Positions 47,535-58,662 of a DNA stretch of 64,000 bases are shown one piece after another; the first letter of the stretch is position 1; every line of letters begins with the position of its first letter. The stretch lies in the NCBI GenBank assembly GCA_964399085.1, contig CAYNPN010000004.1, positions 15,680 to 79,679 on the forward strand. Direction: 5' to 3'. The notes under the pieces are model-generated. The model saw only the letters and a list, made by a program, of their open reading frames with translations. It had not been told where the DNA came from and ran no database searches. Both the position numbers and the translations under genes were made by a program. Source of the stretch: Candidatus Hadarchaeota archaeon. Its GTDB lineage: Archaea; Hadarchaeota; Hadarchaeia; Hadarchaeales; JAGGTB01.

Positions 47535-49463
47535 TTAACCCTTATCCTCTAAATCCTCGACGGCGAAATCTAGACCAAGATCGATAAGTTTTTCTTTTGT
47601 TGGAACCGAATTTTCTGGGTTCCACCTTCTTTCTTCATAATAACTACTTAGAATTGATTCGGCTTCATCCTTATCAATTCTATGAGTCTTTGCATAATCT
47701 TGAAGATAAACTTCCTCTCCTCTCCAAGAGAGTGGCTCTTCAGTCACTTTTTTCGACCATTCATCATCTTCTCTAGAAAAGCCCTCCTTAACATTCATAA
47801 CTTTCTGCAAATTCCATGTTCTTTCTCCTACTTCTATAATTTCATCAGTCGTTTTTTCTATGCCCGTAGCTTTATTGTAGACATTAGCGACTTTAAAGGG
47901 AGGCATATACAAAGCACCTATCCAAAACCTGACACATAATCCCAGTGAATTCATGGCTGTATTGAAGTTCTCTACATATGGAGTGACTCTTCCAACGTTC
48001 CAACTGTCTTCGGAAATCGCTCTTTCTATCGCTTCTGGCGTTGCACCGAGTCTTCCCATCAACCTCATAATTGAATCTACCCCCCTTCCAGGATTAGCGG
48101 TGATAGTTAATCCGCTTCCTGATATTGCTCCCCTTTGGCAAGTCAAGTACGCAAATGCTTCTACCCCATTCAAAGCTCTTGGATCAAATGGAGGCCACAA
48201 CCCTTTAACGAGCACTGCTTTATCCTTGTCTACTCCCAGCTTTTCTAACATTGGTTCTATCCCTCCCCCTGCTATCTCGAAAATTCCGTCTCTGTTTACT
48301 AGTCTCTCAATAGCAAGCTTTCCAGTTTCAAAACTCCTCGTCAAATCGATTCCCACATCTTTCTCTTTTATATCTCCTTGTTCTTTTAGATAGAATAAAA
48401 GCTCCATCATATAGGAAAAATCAAGCTCGTCAATCCCATAGTCATTACAGAAATAATGGAGCTTCGCTCCTTCTTCTAAGGTCGAATTAAAAACAGAAGC
48501 TAAAAAGGCTATATTCGCTGATGTAGCCGTATGGATTTCATCCTCGAACTCTTCTTCCTCAGGTTCGATAGTTACTTTGTCTGGCGAGATGCACCCTGGA
48601 GCACACCAAGACTTTGTATCAAAAGCATCCTTAAACCTTTCTTCTCCTAACTTCTCCTTATCCTCCTCAGTTAGGAAGGCAGTGTTATTTTCCTTTAGTA
48701 CCAAACCAGTGTCAATCCATTGATCAACAATTGCCCCACCATAGCCGTAATTTTTCAAATCCCCCCCGACTGGATTCATCTTAGCAAATGACTCCATCGT
48801 TTCGCGAATTTCTGTTATCTCTCCCGGATATGCTTCCTTTATTCCATTTGTACCTCGGCTGATGACTGCTTTCAAATTTTTGCTTCCCATTATAGCACCA
48901 AATCCTCCCCTTCCCAGGGTAGAGATTTTGTCAACAAAAGGCATAGCTAGGCGAAGCAAGTTTTCCCCAGCGGGGCCAATAGTAAGGGCTGTAGCCCCTT
49001 CGTGTTTTTCATAAAGAATATCTGTTGATTTGTTGATTCCTTCTCCCCAAATTTCACCTGCATCGAGAATTTCTATATCTTCGTCAAATATTCCCAAATA
49101 AACAGGTTTGTCTGCTTTACCGGTAATTACTACGTGATCATATCCGGCCCATTTGAATTGATGTGCAAGCCCATCCCCTGTAGCCGTACCTATAGCTCCG
49201 TTGAGAGGTTGCTTAGACGTCATAAATACTTTCGATGCCGAGGGAACTCGTGTACCCGTTAATGCTCCAGCACCGAGGATAAGGGGATTATCTTCAGAAA
49301 GAGGCTTAATACTAGGTTCAATGAAATCGTAGGCCAATCTCATGTTTATTCCACCTCCCCCAATGAAATTTTCTATAAGATTACGGTCAAGCTCTTCCTT
49401 TTTTATAGTCTCAGAACTTAAGTCAACATATAGAATCTTTCCTGCATATCCTGGAACTTCCAT
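47535..49463 (-). CDS. Tungsten aldehyde:ferredoxin oxidoreductase family protein
   Basis: GYAGKILYVDLS, GRGGFGAIMGSKNLKA, SLGLC, YYEERRW. Confidence 0.9.
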   Translation of the reverse strand: MEVPGYAGKILYVDLSSETIKKEELDRNLIENFIGGGGINMRLAYDFIEPSIKPLSEDNPLILGAGALTGTRVPSASKVFMTSKQPLNGAIGTATGDGLAHQFKWAGYDHVVITGKADKPVYLGIFDEDIEILDAGEIWGEGINKSTDILYEKHEGATALTIGPAGENLLRLAMPFVDKISTLGRGGFGAIMGSKNLKAVISRGTNGIKEAYPGEITEIRETMESFAKMNPVGGDLKNYGYGGAIVDQWIDTGLVLKENNTAFLTEEDKEKLGEERFKDAFDTKSWCAPGCISPDKVTIEPEEEEFEDEIHTATSANIAFLASVFNSTLEEGAKLHYFCNDYGIDELDFSYMMELLFYLKEQGDIKEKDVGIDLTRSFETGKLAIERLVNRDGIFEIAGGGIEPMLEKLGVDKDKAVLVKGLWPPFDPRALNGVEAFAYLTCQRGAISGSGLTITANPGRGVDSIMRLMGRLGATPEAIERAISEDSWNVGRVTPYVENFNTAMNSLGLCVRFWIGALYMPPFKVANVYNKATGIEKTTDEIIEVGERTWNLQKVMNVKEGFSREDDEWSKKVTEEPLSWRGEEVYLQDYAKTHRIDKDEAESILSSYYEERRWNPENSVPTKEKLIDLGLDFAVEDLEDKG

Positions 49464-49464
49464 T

Positions 49465-49737
49465 TTATTCCCCTTCCATTACTCTTAGTTCTCTGGCTCC
49501 ATATTCACAAGCCTCAACACAACGACCACATCTAGTGCATTCCGGTTCAAGATACAGCTTAAAATTTCCTCCACCTTTCCTAACTACCTTCGTATGAGCT
49601 TCTCTCGGGGAAACCTTTCCAGAATACTTTTCTGAACATGCCATCATACACATCATACATCCGTTACACTCTTCAGAATGAAGGACGAGCTTTCTTTTGG
49701 GTTTATCTGAAGCTTTAGAAGACATAGAGACCCTCAT
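49465..49737 (-). CDS. 2x[4Fe-4S] ferredoxin-like AOR partner
   Basis: CNGCMMCMMAC, CTRCGRCVEAC. Confidence 0.85.
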   Translation of the reverse strand: MRVSMSSKASDKPKRKLVLHSEECNGCMMCMMACSEKYSGKVSPREAHTKVVRKGGGNFKLYLEPECTRCGRCVEACEYGARELRVMEGE

Positions 49738-50396
49738 AAATAGGCTGGCATTTCCCTCCTAACTTCATCTCCTGCCTTTAAATCTCTAGTAACATTGGCT
49801 ATACGTTCACCGAACTGATTTGCTTTCTCCTGTAGCTCTTCACCTGAAAGCATGTTTGGAAAGTTTTCAGATTTGAACTCGGAATATATGGGACCAACAG
49901 GTAGTCCTCCTAAAAGAAGAGCAGGCGCAATAAACCGGATTGTTCCACTTTCTATTCCACAATACGGCCAGATGAAAGAAGTGGAGGAAATAACCTTACC
50001 AAAACCCTGTGGGCCCTTAGGGCCGGCTAACCCATAAAATCTTCCTTCCCCGAATGCCCTTAGGCGATCTAAAAATGACTTCCATTTCCAAGTCATATTT
50101 CTCATATTTCTGGGTGTACCCGCCACCATTGCATCTGCTTTCAAAACTTTTGGATAAAGCTCTTGCATGTCGTCATCGATTGAACAGTATACTCCTTCTT
50201 CTTGACTTTCAACACACCAGTTGCAGTGAATACATCCAATAATGTCCTTATCTGCAAGAAAAACCAATTCAGTTTCGACATCTTCCACTCTATTAGCGGA
50301 ATCAAGAACCATCTCCAGAATCTCAACGCCTTTTGCCTCTTTTTTAGGGCACAATGATATTCCGAGAATATTAACCTTATTTTTATTTTCTTCCAT
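49734..50396 (-). CDS. Iron-sulfur flavoprotein / flavodoxin-like (divergent)
   Basis: CIHCNWC..CSIDDDM, ADAMV.GTP, FLDR. Confidence 0.8.
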   Translation of the reverse strand: MEENKNKVNILGISLCPKKEAKGVEILEMVLDSANRVEDVETELVFLADKDIIGCIHCNWCVESQEEGVYCSIDDDMQELYPKVLKADAMVAGTPRNMRNMTWKWKSFLDRLRAFGEGRFYGLAGPKGPQGFGKVISSTSFIWPYCGIESGTIRFIAPALLLGGLPVGPIYSEFKSENFPNMLSGEELQEKANQFGERIANVTRDLKAGDEVRREMPAYL

Positions 50397-50423
50397 TCTT
50401 AAATCTCCCTTTCGATTAACTAA

Positions 50424-51170
50424 TTAAAGTGGCTCACCAAGCTTATATCCTTCTATTTCGTCAAACGCTGTTCGGCCATATTTCAGCATCTTAGTAACTT
50501 CCGCAAATCTTTCACCTAATTCACTTGCTCTCCGATGAGCGAAAGAGTCTTCTTCCACTGCAAGCTCCTCACCTGAGGGTGCTTCAGAAACGCCTCCAAT
50601 GCCAAAACCAAAACCCGGACTTACTGGAATCATGCCATAGTACATCGAAATTTCATAAATACTAAACATAGCAGTTTCTATTCCTCCATGTCTAAACCAT
50701 GCTACTTGGGCCGATGTCACTGGCTTATTAACTAATACACCTTTTTCAGGGCCCTCAAAGCCATAATACCGGCCTATCGCAAAGGCGCTTAACCTATCTA
50801 AAAAAGCTCTTAATATCCAAGTTTCGCGAGCTATATAGACAGGATTTCCATATATAAGCGCATCCGAGTCTAAAACCTTAGGATATAAATCTTGCATATC
50901 GTCTTTTAAAGAACAAAAATCATTTTCCTTTTGATGCTCAGCACACCAATTACAATCAGCCGGGCAACCTTCCAACTTTTTCCCCACTAGAGGGATGAAC
51001 TCTGTCTGGACATCATCTAACTTTTCTGCATTTCTTAAAAGTTCCTTCAAAAGATATTCTGTGTTGCCATCTTTAATTGGAGAACCACAAATTCCAGTTA
51101 TTTTCAAATCCATAGTTAGGAATAATACTAATTCTTGTATTAATAAAATTTTCCATTTATTCGACTTCAT
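50424..51170 (-). CDS. Iron-sulfur flavoprotein / flavodoxin-like (probable start at 51113, MDLKITG)
   Basis: GSPIKDGNT, CPADCNWC..CSLKDDM, PVY, RHGGIET. Confidence 0.85.
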   Translation of the reverse strand: MKSNKWKILLIQELVLFLTMDLKITGICGSPIKDGNTEYLLKELLRNAEKLDDVQTEFIPLVGKKLEGCPADCNWCAEHQKENDFCSLKDDMQDLYPKVLDSDALIYGNPVYIARETWILRAFLDRLSAFAIGRYYGFEGPEKGVLVNKPVTSAQVAWFRHGGIETAMFSIYEISMYYGMIPVSPGFGFGIGGVSEAPSGEELAVEEDSFAHRRASELGERFAEVTKMLKYGRTAFDEIEGYKLGEPL

Positions 51171-51289
51171 CCCGAAAAAGTGTCAGCAGAGGTTTTTTTG
51201 TGATCTGGCATTAGGATTTCTCTGGAGAGTTTTAGAATGCCAGCCTGCTGATTTTTTTGTAAAATCCACTGACCGAGTTAAGTGGTTTG

Positions 51290-52270
51290 AAGATAATTAC
51301 CTCTGAACGATTTGGGACTTGTTGTGATTTTCCCCAGTTAGAACTCGACTCATCTGCTGTTTCCGAGTTCGAAGGCTTTCAGGAATGGTTCTTTCCTCCT
51401 GCAACGTTTCCTTATGCTCGAGAGTGCTCTGCTGAATCTTTTCTTGATGGAGGAGAACGCGCTTTCGACGAAAAATTTAACGGGGCAGCCTGCCTCTCAG
51501 ACTTATTCTTCATCCGCCCTTTCTTTCATCATCTCTCGGTAAGCCCGATGACCTTTGGACTTGGCGGTGGTATTCTTATTCGGCTTAAAGTACGGTTCGG
51601 CGTTTTTCCCCCCATGATGGTGCAGGATTCTCGCCTGAATTGCGCCTTGTCTTCGGAGACGGAAGCGATGAATCATACTCCTCTCAGCATCGCCTTGCCG
51701 ACGGGGTGACGTGTGTATCCGATTTAGTCATTCTAACCTCCAAAATCTGTCCGGAATGTTGTTTAGAAGCACGTGCAGTTTCAGATAGTTTTTCCCCGTT
51801 TTGCTCACCTATCCCGACATCATGCTATTTACTTGAACTTCTAGTGGAGAAGCCAAAGCTTTCGATCGCCGTATTCCGGTCTTCCTCGACCTCTAGAATC
51901 GTTTCCTTGAGCAATTCCCTGAAAAACTTCGTTGAAGTTTTCCTTATCTCCGGATGAATCACGCTTTGGGTCGGGATTCGGTTCACATCGAATATCTTGA
52001 AATAAAATTCTCTCATCCCTTTCAACCCGGCTTCGATTTCGTCGTAACTTGCGGAAAAATAAATTTTTAGCACTAGAGCCCCACTCACTTTGCGGAGCGG
52101 ATGAGGATTACCTCTTGAGCCTATATTCCATGGAAGTTCTATGCCTTCGGGAAGGTCGGCGAGAGGCTTGTAGAAAGCCTGTCGAGGTCTCTGTTCACTG
52201 AACTGTAGATATAAGGGTTCACTTTTCCTTCAATTCGCGGGCCTGAACTCACAAAGACATCTCCATGCCG
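51290..52270 (-). pseudogene. Decayed IS5-like transposase relic
   Basis: Fragments ASYDEIEAGL, PTQSVIH, TAIESFGFST and HQEKIQQRALS across frames; boundaries approximate. Confidence 0.55.
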
Positions 52271-52427
52271 AATTCTTCATCCGCTCCTATAGTCCAGCTT
52301 CCGGACGGGAGAAAAACCTAACCGAGCGTAAACAAATCTCCTCTAAAAAGTCTTTTTAAAAACAGTTTTTTCGAATGAAGCCAAAAGAAACACAAATTAT
52401 AAAAAAATTCGATTAATAGTTGGTAAT

Positions 52428-54383
52428 ATGAATCTAGAAAATATTAATAAAATAACTGTTATTGGCGCAGGAGAGATGGGTCATGGAATTGCAGAGGTCG
52501 CTGCTCTCGCGGGATATGATGTAGCTTTGTATGACATAGAGGAAGACATACTTGAAAATGCAATGAATAACGTTGAGAATAGTCTAGCAAAATTACAAGA
52601 GAAGGATGTAATACCTAAAGAAATGATAGGAGAAACCCTAGATAGAATCTCCACAACAACAGATTTGAAAGAAGCTGGAAAAGACGCAGATTTTACTATA
52701 GAAGCTGGTCCTGAAAAATTGGATTTGAAAAGAGATATATTTTCGGATCTAGATGAGTACACGCCGGAACACGCCATCCTGTCATCGAACACTTCTTCCC
52801 TACCAATAACTGAAATAGCTGAAGCGGTTGATAGGCCTGAAAAAATAGTGGGAATGCACTGGTTCAACCCCCCCGTTCTAATGGATTTGGTTGAAGTTAT
52901 TTACGGCGAGGAAACTTCGGACGAGACAGCTCAAATAACCTATAAACTGACGGAGGATTTTGGAAAGACACCCATTTATTGCAGAAAGGATGTGCGAGGC
53001 TTCATTGTTAACAATGTATTGGGACCTTTCATGGGTGAACCTATGTGGATGGTTTCGCGGAATGAAGCAGAAATTAGAGAAGTTGACGCTGGCATGGTGT
53101 ATCAATGTGGATATCCGATGGGTCCTTTCGAACTCTCTGACATGACAGGGATCGATATAAATTACCACGTAAGAGAGGAAGCCGGTGATGAAATCCCTCC
53201 AATAATGGAAGAAAAAGTAGAAAAAGATGAACTTGGACGAAAGAAAGGAAAAGGATTCTATGATTATGAGGAAGGAGAAGGCGTAAATTATGAAAAAGGA
53301 CAAGGAGAGGACTTTGATACACTTCGTATAGAGGCCCTGATGGTGAACGAGGCTGCAAGACTAATTCAAATTGGAGCAGCCAAACCCGAAGAAGTGGATA
53401 CTGGCATGCGACTCGGAACAGGTTTTCCCGAGGGTCCGTGCAGACGAGCTGATAAAATAGGAATAGACAAAATCCTTGAAAAATTAGAAGAATTGTACAG
53501 TGAATATGGTGAAGAACGCTACAAGCCAGTAGATTTGCTAAAAGAAAAAGTAGAAGCTGGAGAAACAGGCGAAGAAGCAGGCACGGGATTCTACAACTAT
53601 GGAGGAAAAGAACGGACATTTCACACCATTGATGTTGAAGGACCGGATGACCGAGGACTAGTAAATATAACTCTAAGTAGGCCATCGAGACTCAACTCTT
53701 TCAACGAGGATATGATGGAAGAAATCCCAGTTTTTATCGACGGTCTAGACCCCGAAGAAGTTCGCTGTATTGTTTTAGAAGGAGAAGGAGATCGCGCTTT
53801 TTCGGCAGGTGCCGACGTAGGGATGTTCGAGAACCTGAGTCCTCACGAGGCAGGGAAAGTCAACGAAGTTTTCAAGGTTTTAGAGGACTTTGAAGCACCC
53901 GTAATAGCGAAAATTGATGGACTGGCGCTTGGTGGTGGTCTGGAAATTGCTATGTCGTGCGATTTTAGAATAGCGAGCGAAGAATCTAAATTAGGTCAGC
54001 CGGAAATCAATCTGGGAATTATACCAGGAGGGGGCGGAACACAAAGACTCCCCCGACTTATCGGAGAAACAAGAGCAAAGGAAATGATTCTTAGAGGTAA
54101 GAGAATAGGAGCAGAAACTGCAGAAGAATGGGGACTGATTAACCGAGCGGTTCCCCAAGATGAGCTAGACGAAACAGTGGAAGAATTTGTAGAAGACATG
54201 GTCGAGGGACCAGTGGCAATAAAGATTGCAAAGAAAGTGATAAATGAAGGGCGTGAGATGGATCTCGACGCTGCAATGGAGCTAGAATCGAAAGGTTTCG
54301 GTTTATTGTTCGGAACTGAAGATATGAAGGAAGGTGTGTCGGCCTTCCAAGAGGACCGAGAGCCAGAATTTAAGGGGAAATGA
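52428..54383 (+). CDS. Bifunctional 3-hydroxyacyl-CoA dehydrogenase / enoyl-CoA hydratase (archaeal fusion)
   Basis: GAGEMG, SNTSSL, MHWFNPP; C-terminal [27 protein letters not shown]. Confidence 0.93.
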   Translation: MNLENINKITVIGAGEMGHGIAEVAALAGYDVALYDIEEDILENAMNNVENSLAKLQEKDVIPKEMIGETLDRISTTTDLKEAGKDADFTIEAGPEKLDLKRDIFSDLDEYTPEHAILSSNTSSLPITEIAEAVDRPEKIVGMHWFNPPVLMDLVEVIYGEETSDETAQITYKLTEDFGKTPIYCRKDVRGFIVNNVLGPFMGEPMWMVSRNEAEIREVDAGMVYQCGYPMGPFELSDMTGIDINYHVREEAGDEIPPIMEEKVEKDELGRKKGKGFYDYEEGEGVNYEKGQGEDFDTLRIEALMVNEAARLIQIGAAKPEEVDTGMRLGTGFPEGPCRRADKIGIDKILEKLEELYSEYGEERYKPVDLLKEKVEAGETGEEAGTGFYNYGGKERTFHTIDVEGPDDRGLVNITLSRPSRLNSFNEDMMEEIPVFIDGLDPEEVRCIVLEGEGDRAFSAGADVGMFENLSPHEAGKVNEVFKVLEDFEAPVIAKIDGLALGGGLEIAMSCDFRIASEESKLGQPEINLGIIPGGGGTQRLPRLIGETRAKEMILRGKRIGAETAEEWGLINRAVPQDELDETVEEFVEDMVEGPVAIKIAKKVINEGREMDLDAAMELESKGFGLLFGTEDMKEGVSAFQEDREPEFKGK

Positions 54384-54569
54384 TCTGTTAAAATACATTC
54401 CGTAAAGAAAGCCCCAAGCCACGAGTAATTTGACGATTGTAGAGAAAGTGTCAAGCAGGCTAGCTAATGAGTATCCATTTAGGATATAGGCTCGTTAATA
54501 CTTTCAGTCACAAATAAGAAACAAAAAGGAATGTAAGCATAAAAGCTAAGTTAGTCAAAGGGAGCGGGG

Positions 54570-54870
54570 AAACGAAGATACGGAGTAAGTTATTACTCTA
54601 CTCTGACAGGTATTGCGATGATAACTACAGAACGCTTCCTAAAATTTGAGAAGCTCTGCTAGTCCGCGAGATTGGTTCACTCTCCAAAGTGGGTCGGCTC
54701 TAAGAAAACTCGTGGATTGATTTAGGAGGAGGACTATTAGATTCACTAAGGAGTCGTACGAAACATAATTCTCCAAGAGGCTTAAAGAAAGCTGAAGCAA
54801 CCTGCTTTAGATGTTAATACGAGAAAACTAATCAAAATCATCGACTGGATGTTAGAACTCAAAAAAAGTT
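54570..54870 (+). pseudogene. IS110 transposase C-terminal relic
   Basis: ERFLKFEKLC*SARLV and RKLIKIIDWML fragments resemble the 61204 transposase. Confidence 0.5.
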
Positions 54871-54994
54871 CCACCTGAAGATCGATTCCCGCAGATTGGG
54901 CTAAAATTCGATGAAAACCCTTCTCTTTATACTTTCATTCCTGTTTTTCTTTTCTTGGAATTTGCTCTTGTTTAAATGCTAGGTTTTAAAGATC

Positions 54995-55870
54995 TCATTT
55001 TCTGTTTTCTGTCCAGAAATCCTTTACTAGTTTTCGTCGTTGAGCCCAAGGATCTTCTTTTTCTTCGAATGCTTTGGCTCCTCTCCCGGTTTTATGAGGT
55101 GATTTTCCCTCCCCGAAAAAATCGCTATTTGATGCAATCATTCCAGCAGATAACGCTTCAAATCCCTGAGCCGTGTAAAGGTCCGCTTCAATTCCTTTAT
55201 TAATAATAAATTTAAGCTGTCTCAAAACCTGTTGGTTCTTTGAAAGAATAACATTCACAAGTTCATCAATCTCTTCGTCCAATTGATTCTTTGGTACTAC
55301 TCGATTCCAAAGATTGAGCTCTACTGCCCGTTTAGCAGAATAGAGGCCTCCCAACATATTAACTTCCTTGGCTCGCCTACGCCCTATAAGTCTTGAAAGT
55401 CTAGTAGTGCCACCCCACCCTGGGGTAATTCCAAGATCTACCTCGGGTAAACCCCACTTAGAGTTCTCCGTAGCTATAACAAAGTCGCAAGCCATTGTAA
55501 TTTCAAGACCTCCACCAACAGCATATCCATCAACGGCCCCGATGGTGATTTTGTCAAGTTCCTCAAGCTCATTCGCCATACGCTGATATATATGAACTCG
55601 TCGCATCACTTCATTAGGATTTCCCCATTCCGGGAACTCACTAATGTCATCACCAGAACTAAATGCATCCCCTGCTCCCTTGATAACAAGCACGTTCAAT
55701 CCAGAGTCATTTCGAATCTTTCTAATTTCTTCATGTATTTCTTCTGATAAACTAATTGACAAGGCGTTTTGACTTTCCGGCCGGTTTAAAATCATCGTCG
55801 CTACTGGGGGATCCTTCTCGATAATTAGTTCTTCTTTATTTTCTCTTTTTGGCGTTTTTCTCACATCCAA
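54995..55870 (-). CDS. Enoyl-CoA hydratase/isomerase (crotonase)
   Basis: LNRPE, FSSGDD, GGGLE, GLPE..GITPGWGGT. Confidence 0.9.
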   Translation of the reverse strand: MDVRKTPKRENKEELIIEKDPPVATMILNRPESQNALSISLSEEIHEEIRKIRNDSGLNVLVIKGAGDAFSSGDDISEFPEWGNPNEVMRRVHIYQRMANELEELDKITIGAVDGYAVGGGLEITMACDFVIATENSKWGLPEVDLGITPGWGGTTRLSRLIGRRRAKEVNMLGGLYSAKRAVELNLWNRVVPKNQLDEEIDELVNVILSKNQQVLRQLKFIINKGIEADLYTAQGFEALSAGMIASNSDFFGEGKSPHKTGRGAKAFEEKEDPWAQRRKLVKDFWTENRK

Positions 55871-55999
55871 TCTTTGAAGGATATTTTTTGTTCTAACTTT
55901 TTATAACTTCGGAAAAAGCTACTATGTTGCGCAATTATCTTTATTACTGATTTCCGAATCTTCTGTTTTTCGTAGTTTCGTTTAGTTTTAGTGTTTCAG

Positions 56000-56450
56000 T
56001 TGTAAAATACAAAGAGACTATTTATATGCCGCTTGATTGGAAAAAATATAACTAAAAGCTCGTAATGCGTGCCGAGTTTTACCCAGGAATTGGGACAATA
56101 AACTAGAGGAGATGAAAGAGGTAAAGTGGAAAGAACTTACTAGTATCCGGAGATTTTTGTATTGTTTGTTGTTCTCTGAGACGAATTTTTTGCCCTGACG
56201 TATTGTCAACTCAAAACTCAAATGAATTCTGAGAAGGCTTGGCGAGCTGGTCCGAGAGTTAGATACTTCTGACTATAGGAGTCTCTGCCACAGATTTCAT
56301 GATTTAGAAATCAAGATTTCCGAGAATGAAGACGAGACTGTCGTTGCGGTGAATGCCACCAGTGTTAAGGGGACGAGCCGCGGCGAATGGTTAAGGAAAT
56401 ACCACAAGGGAAGAGAAGAAGGTTCGCGCTGTATAGCCTAGTGAAGGGAA
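56000..56450 (+). pseudogene. IS5 (IS903-group-like) transposase relic
   Basis: DYRSLCHRFHDLEI, VVAVNATSVKGTSRGEWLRK fragments. Confidence 0.6.
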
Positions 56451-56681
56451 TTTGAAGGTAAAGGAAAAAAGGTGGGCAGGAAATCATTTGGGGGAAATCG
56501 AAGTGTTTTTAGACGGGAATTATCCAACACGGCGGTTTCCATTGTAGTTCTACTTTTCAGCCATTCTTGATAGTATACCGGTTTTTTTCTGATTAAATGG
56601 GATGAAATCAAGACTTGTAAGTTTACAAAAAAATATTTTTGTTGATAGTATAGTTTAATTTGAAGTGGTTATTTGTGCCGG

Positions 56682-58316
56682 TTATTCTCTTAGGTCTTCT
56701 ATTTTCCCTTCCTCGAATTTTTCTTTTAAAGAAAACCTTTGAATATTCCCCGTAGCTGATTTGGGAAGCATATCTACGAAAACATATCTTCTAGGCCTTT
56801 TAAAATCCGCTATAAGATCGCTATCCAAACAATGCTCCTCTAACTCTTCTTCGTTGATGTCTTCCTCCTTTGGCACGATAAAAGCGGTAACAGTTTCACC
56901 GTACTGTTCGTGGGTTGTTCCGGCTACCCCAACCTCTTTTACTTTCGGATGTGCTTCAAGGACTTCTTCAACCTCTACCGGATAAATGTTCTCTCCACCG
57001 CTTATTATCATATCTCCTTTCCGTCCCTCCAACCAGATTGCTCCATCCTCGTCCTTATATCCTGCATCGCCTGTGTAACGCCATCCGTCCTCTCCTATCG
57101 TCTTCTCAGTTTCTTCAGGGTCTTTCCAATATTCTTTCATTGGGCCGGCGGATCCTCTTACAATTACTTCACCTGTCTCACCAATATCACAAATGTCTTC
57201 CGGACCGGCACTCGTTCCTTCCTCAGATTTAACAATCCTCACCTCATTGTCCAATGCTAAAGTTGTGAAACCGGTTGACCCAATCTTATCCTTTCTCTCT
57301 AAAAGATCCACTCCAGATATAAGGTAATACTCTGATTGACCGTAGCCCCAAAAGAATATTTCCATCGGAAATTCTTCCAACAACTTGTTCACCGTTCTTT
57401 TTTCAATCGGGGCAGCTGCGCCAGCACCTACCCTGAAAGAGCTAAGGTCATATTCTCCTAGGTCTGCTAGAAGCAACACTCTCCAAATTGCAGGGGGGGC
57501 AAACATTTCGGTGATAGACTCCTCTTCTATTGTCTCTAATATCTTTACTGCATCAAGATCATGAATGATGACATTCTTTGCTCCAGCCATGACCCGGGGT
57601 AGGAAATTATCTGCAAGTTCCGCAATGTGGAATAACGGGGATACTGACAGTCCTACATCATCTTCAGAGAGTTCTAACCAATCTATAAAGAGATAACTGA
57701 TTGGAAATACCTCTCCGTAACGATGAACACAGACTTTAGGTTTACCTGTCGTCCCTGCAGTATGAAAAAGAAGGTTTGGATCACTATTCTCGATATTTGG
57801 AGTTTCGGGTTCTTCTCCTCTATATTCTTCTATGAGACTGTAAAACGATTCTGAAAAATTCGGAGAATCTTCATCAATGTATATAAACTTATCTGTCTCC
57901 ACGTCGTCCTTTATTTTTTCCACAATCTCCTTTGTACTCTCCTCAAAAAGAAGGACTTTCGCCCCAACATGATTAAGGAGATACTTTACCTCGCCAGCTG
58001 CTAATCGATGGTTCATAGGAAATAATGGTGCACCTATTCTATTTGAAGAAAAAAGCGCTGTTGGAATCTCACTTCCGTTTGCAAGTAATGTTGAAACTCT
58101 ATCCCCCTTTTCAACTCCCAAATCCTGAAGCCCGGATGCCAGAGCCATTACTATGTCTCTCCATTCTGAGAAAGTCCACCTTTGGTCTTTTCTGGGATAC
58201 ACTATCGCCTCTTTTTCGGGGATTCTAGAAGCATTCATATCGAGTATTTCGTTCGTTGACATACCAATCATATTTAGCCTCAAACCGATTCTTTCTGGAG
58301 TCTCTTTACCTTTCAA
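56682..58316 (-). CDS. AMP-forming acyl-CoA synthetase
   Basis: HTAGTTGKPK, PLFH, YGQSE, TGD, SGGENIYP. Confidence 0.9.
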   Translation of the reverse strand: MKGKETPERIGLRLNMIGMSTNEILDMNASRIPEKEAIVYPRKDQRWTFSEWRDIVMALASGLQDLGVEKGDRVSTLLANGSEIPTALFSSNRIGAPLFPMNHRLAAGEVKYLLNHVGAKVLLFEESTKEIVEKIKDDVETDKFIYIDEDSPNFSESFYSLIEEYRGEEPETPNIENSDPNLLFHTAGTTGKPKVCVHRYGEVFPISYLFIDWLELSEDDVGLSVSPLFHIAELADNFLPRVMAGAKNVIIHDLDAVKILETIEEESITEMFAPPAIWRVLLLADLGEYDLSSFRVGAGAAAPIEKRTVNKLLEEFPMEIFFWGYGQSEYYLISGVDLLERKDKIGSTGFTTLALDNEVRIVKSEEGTSAGPEDICDIGETGEVIVRGSAGPMKEYWKDPEETEKTIGEDGWRYTGDAGYKDEDGAIWLEGRKGDMIISGGENIYPVEVEEVLEAHPKVKEVGVAGTTHEQYGETVTAFIVPKEEDINEEELEEHCLDSDLIADFKRPRRYVFVDMLPKSATGNIQRFSLKEKFEEGKIEDLRE

Positions 58317-58662
58317 ATATAAAAAGTTTTGTATCTATTTCGATTTTTACGTAAAGGCTATATTTGACTTATTGGGCAGGTTCATTTGATTTTCGGAGTT
58401 CAACCGTCAGGGTAAGCTGAAGAAAGCTTCAGAAATCAGTTAGAACGATCCGAAATTGAAAAGAATACAACAAGGAGACCCCCAATCCCGGCGATTTTTT
58501 ATCGTAGTTTTGACTTTTTCGAGAATCGAGAAAACGAGTGAGATTCCAAAAAATTCCTAGCTTGCGTCCCGAAAGGAAATGCTTATTTTTTGAAGAAAAG
58601 TCAATTAATCTTGCTTTGTGAAATGCTGATATGATGGAAAGGTTTTTTTACAAACATCATAC

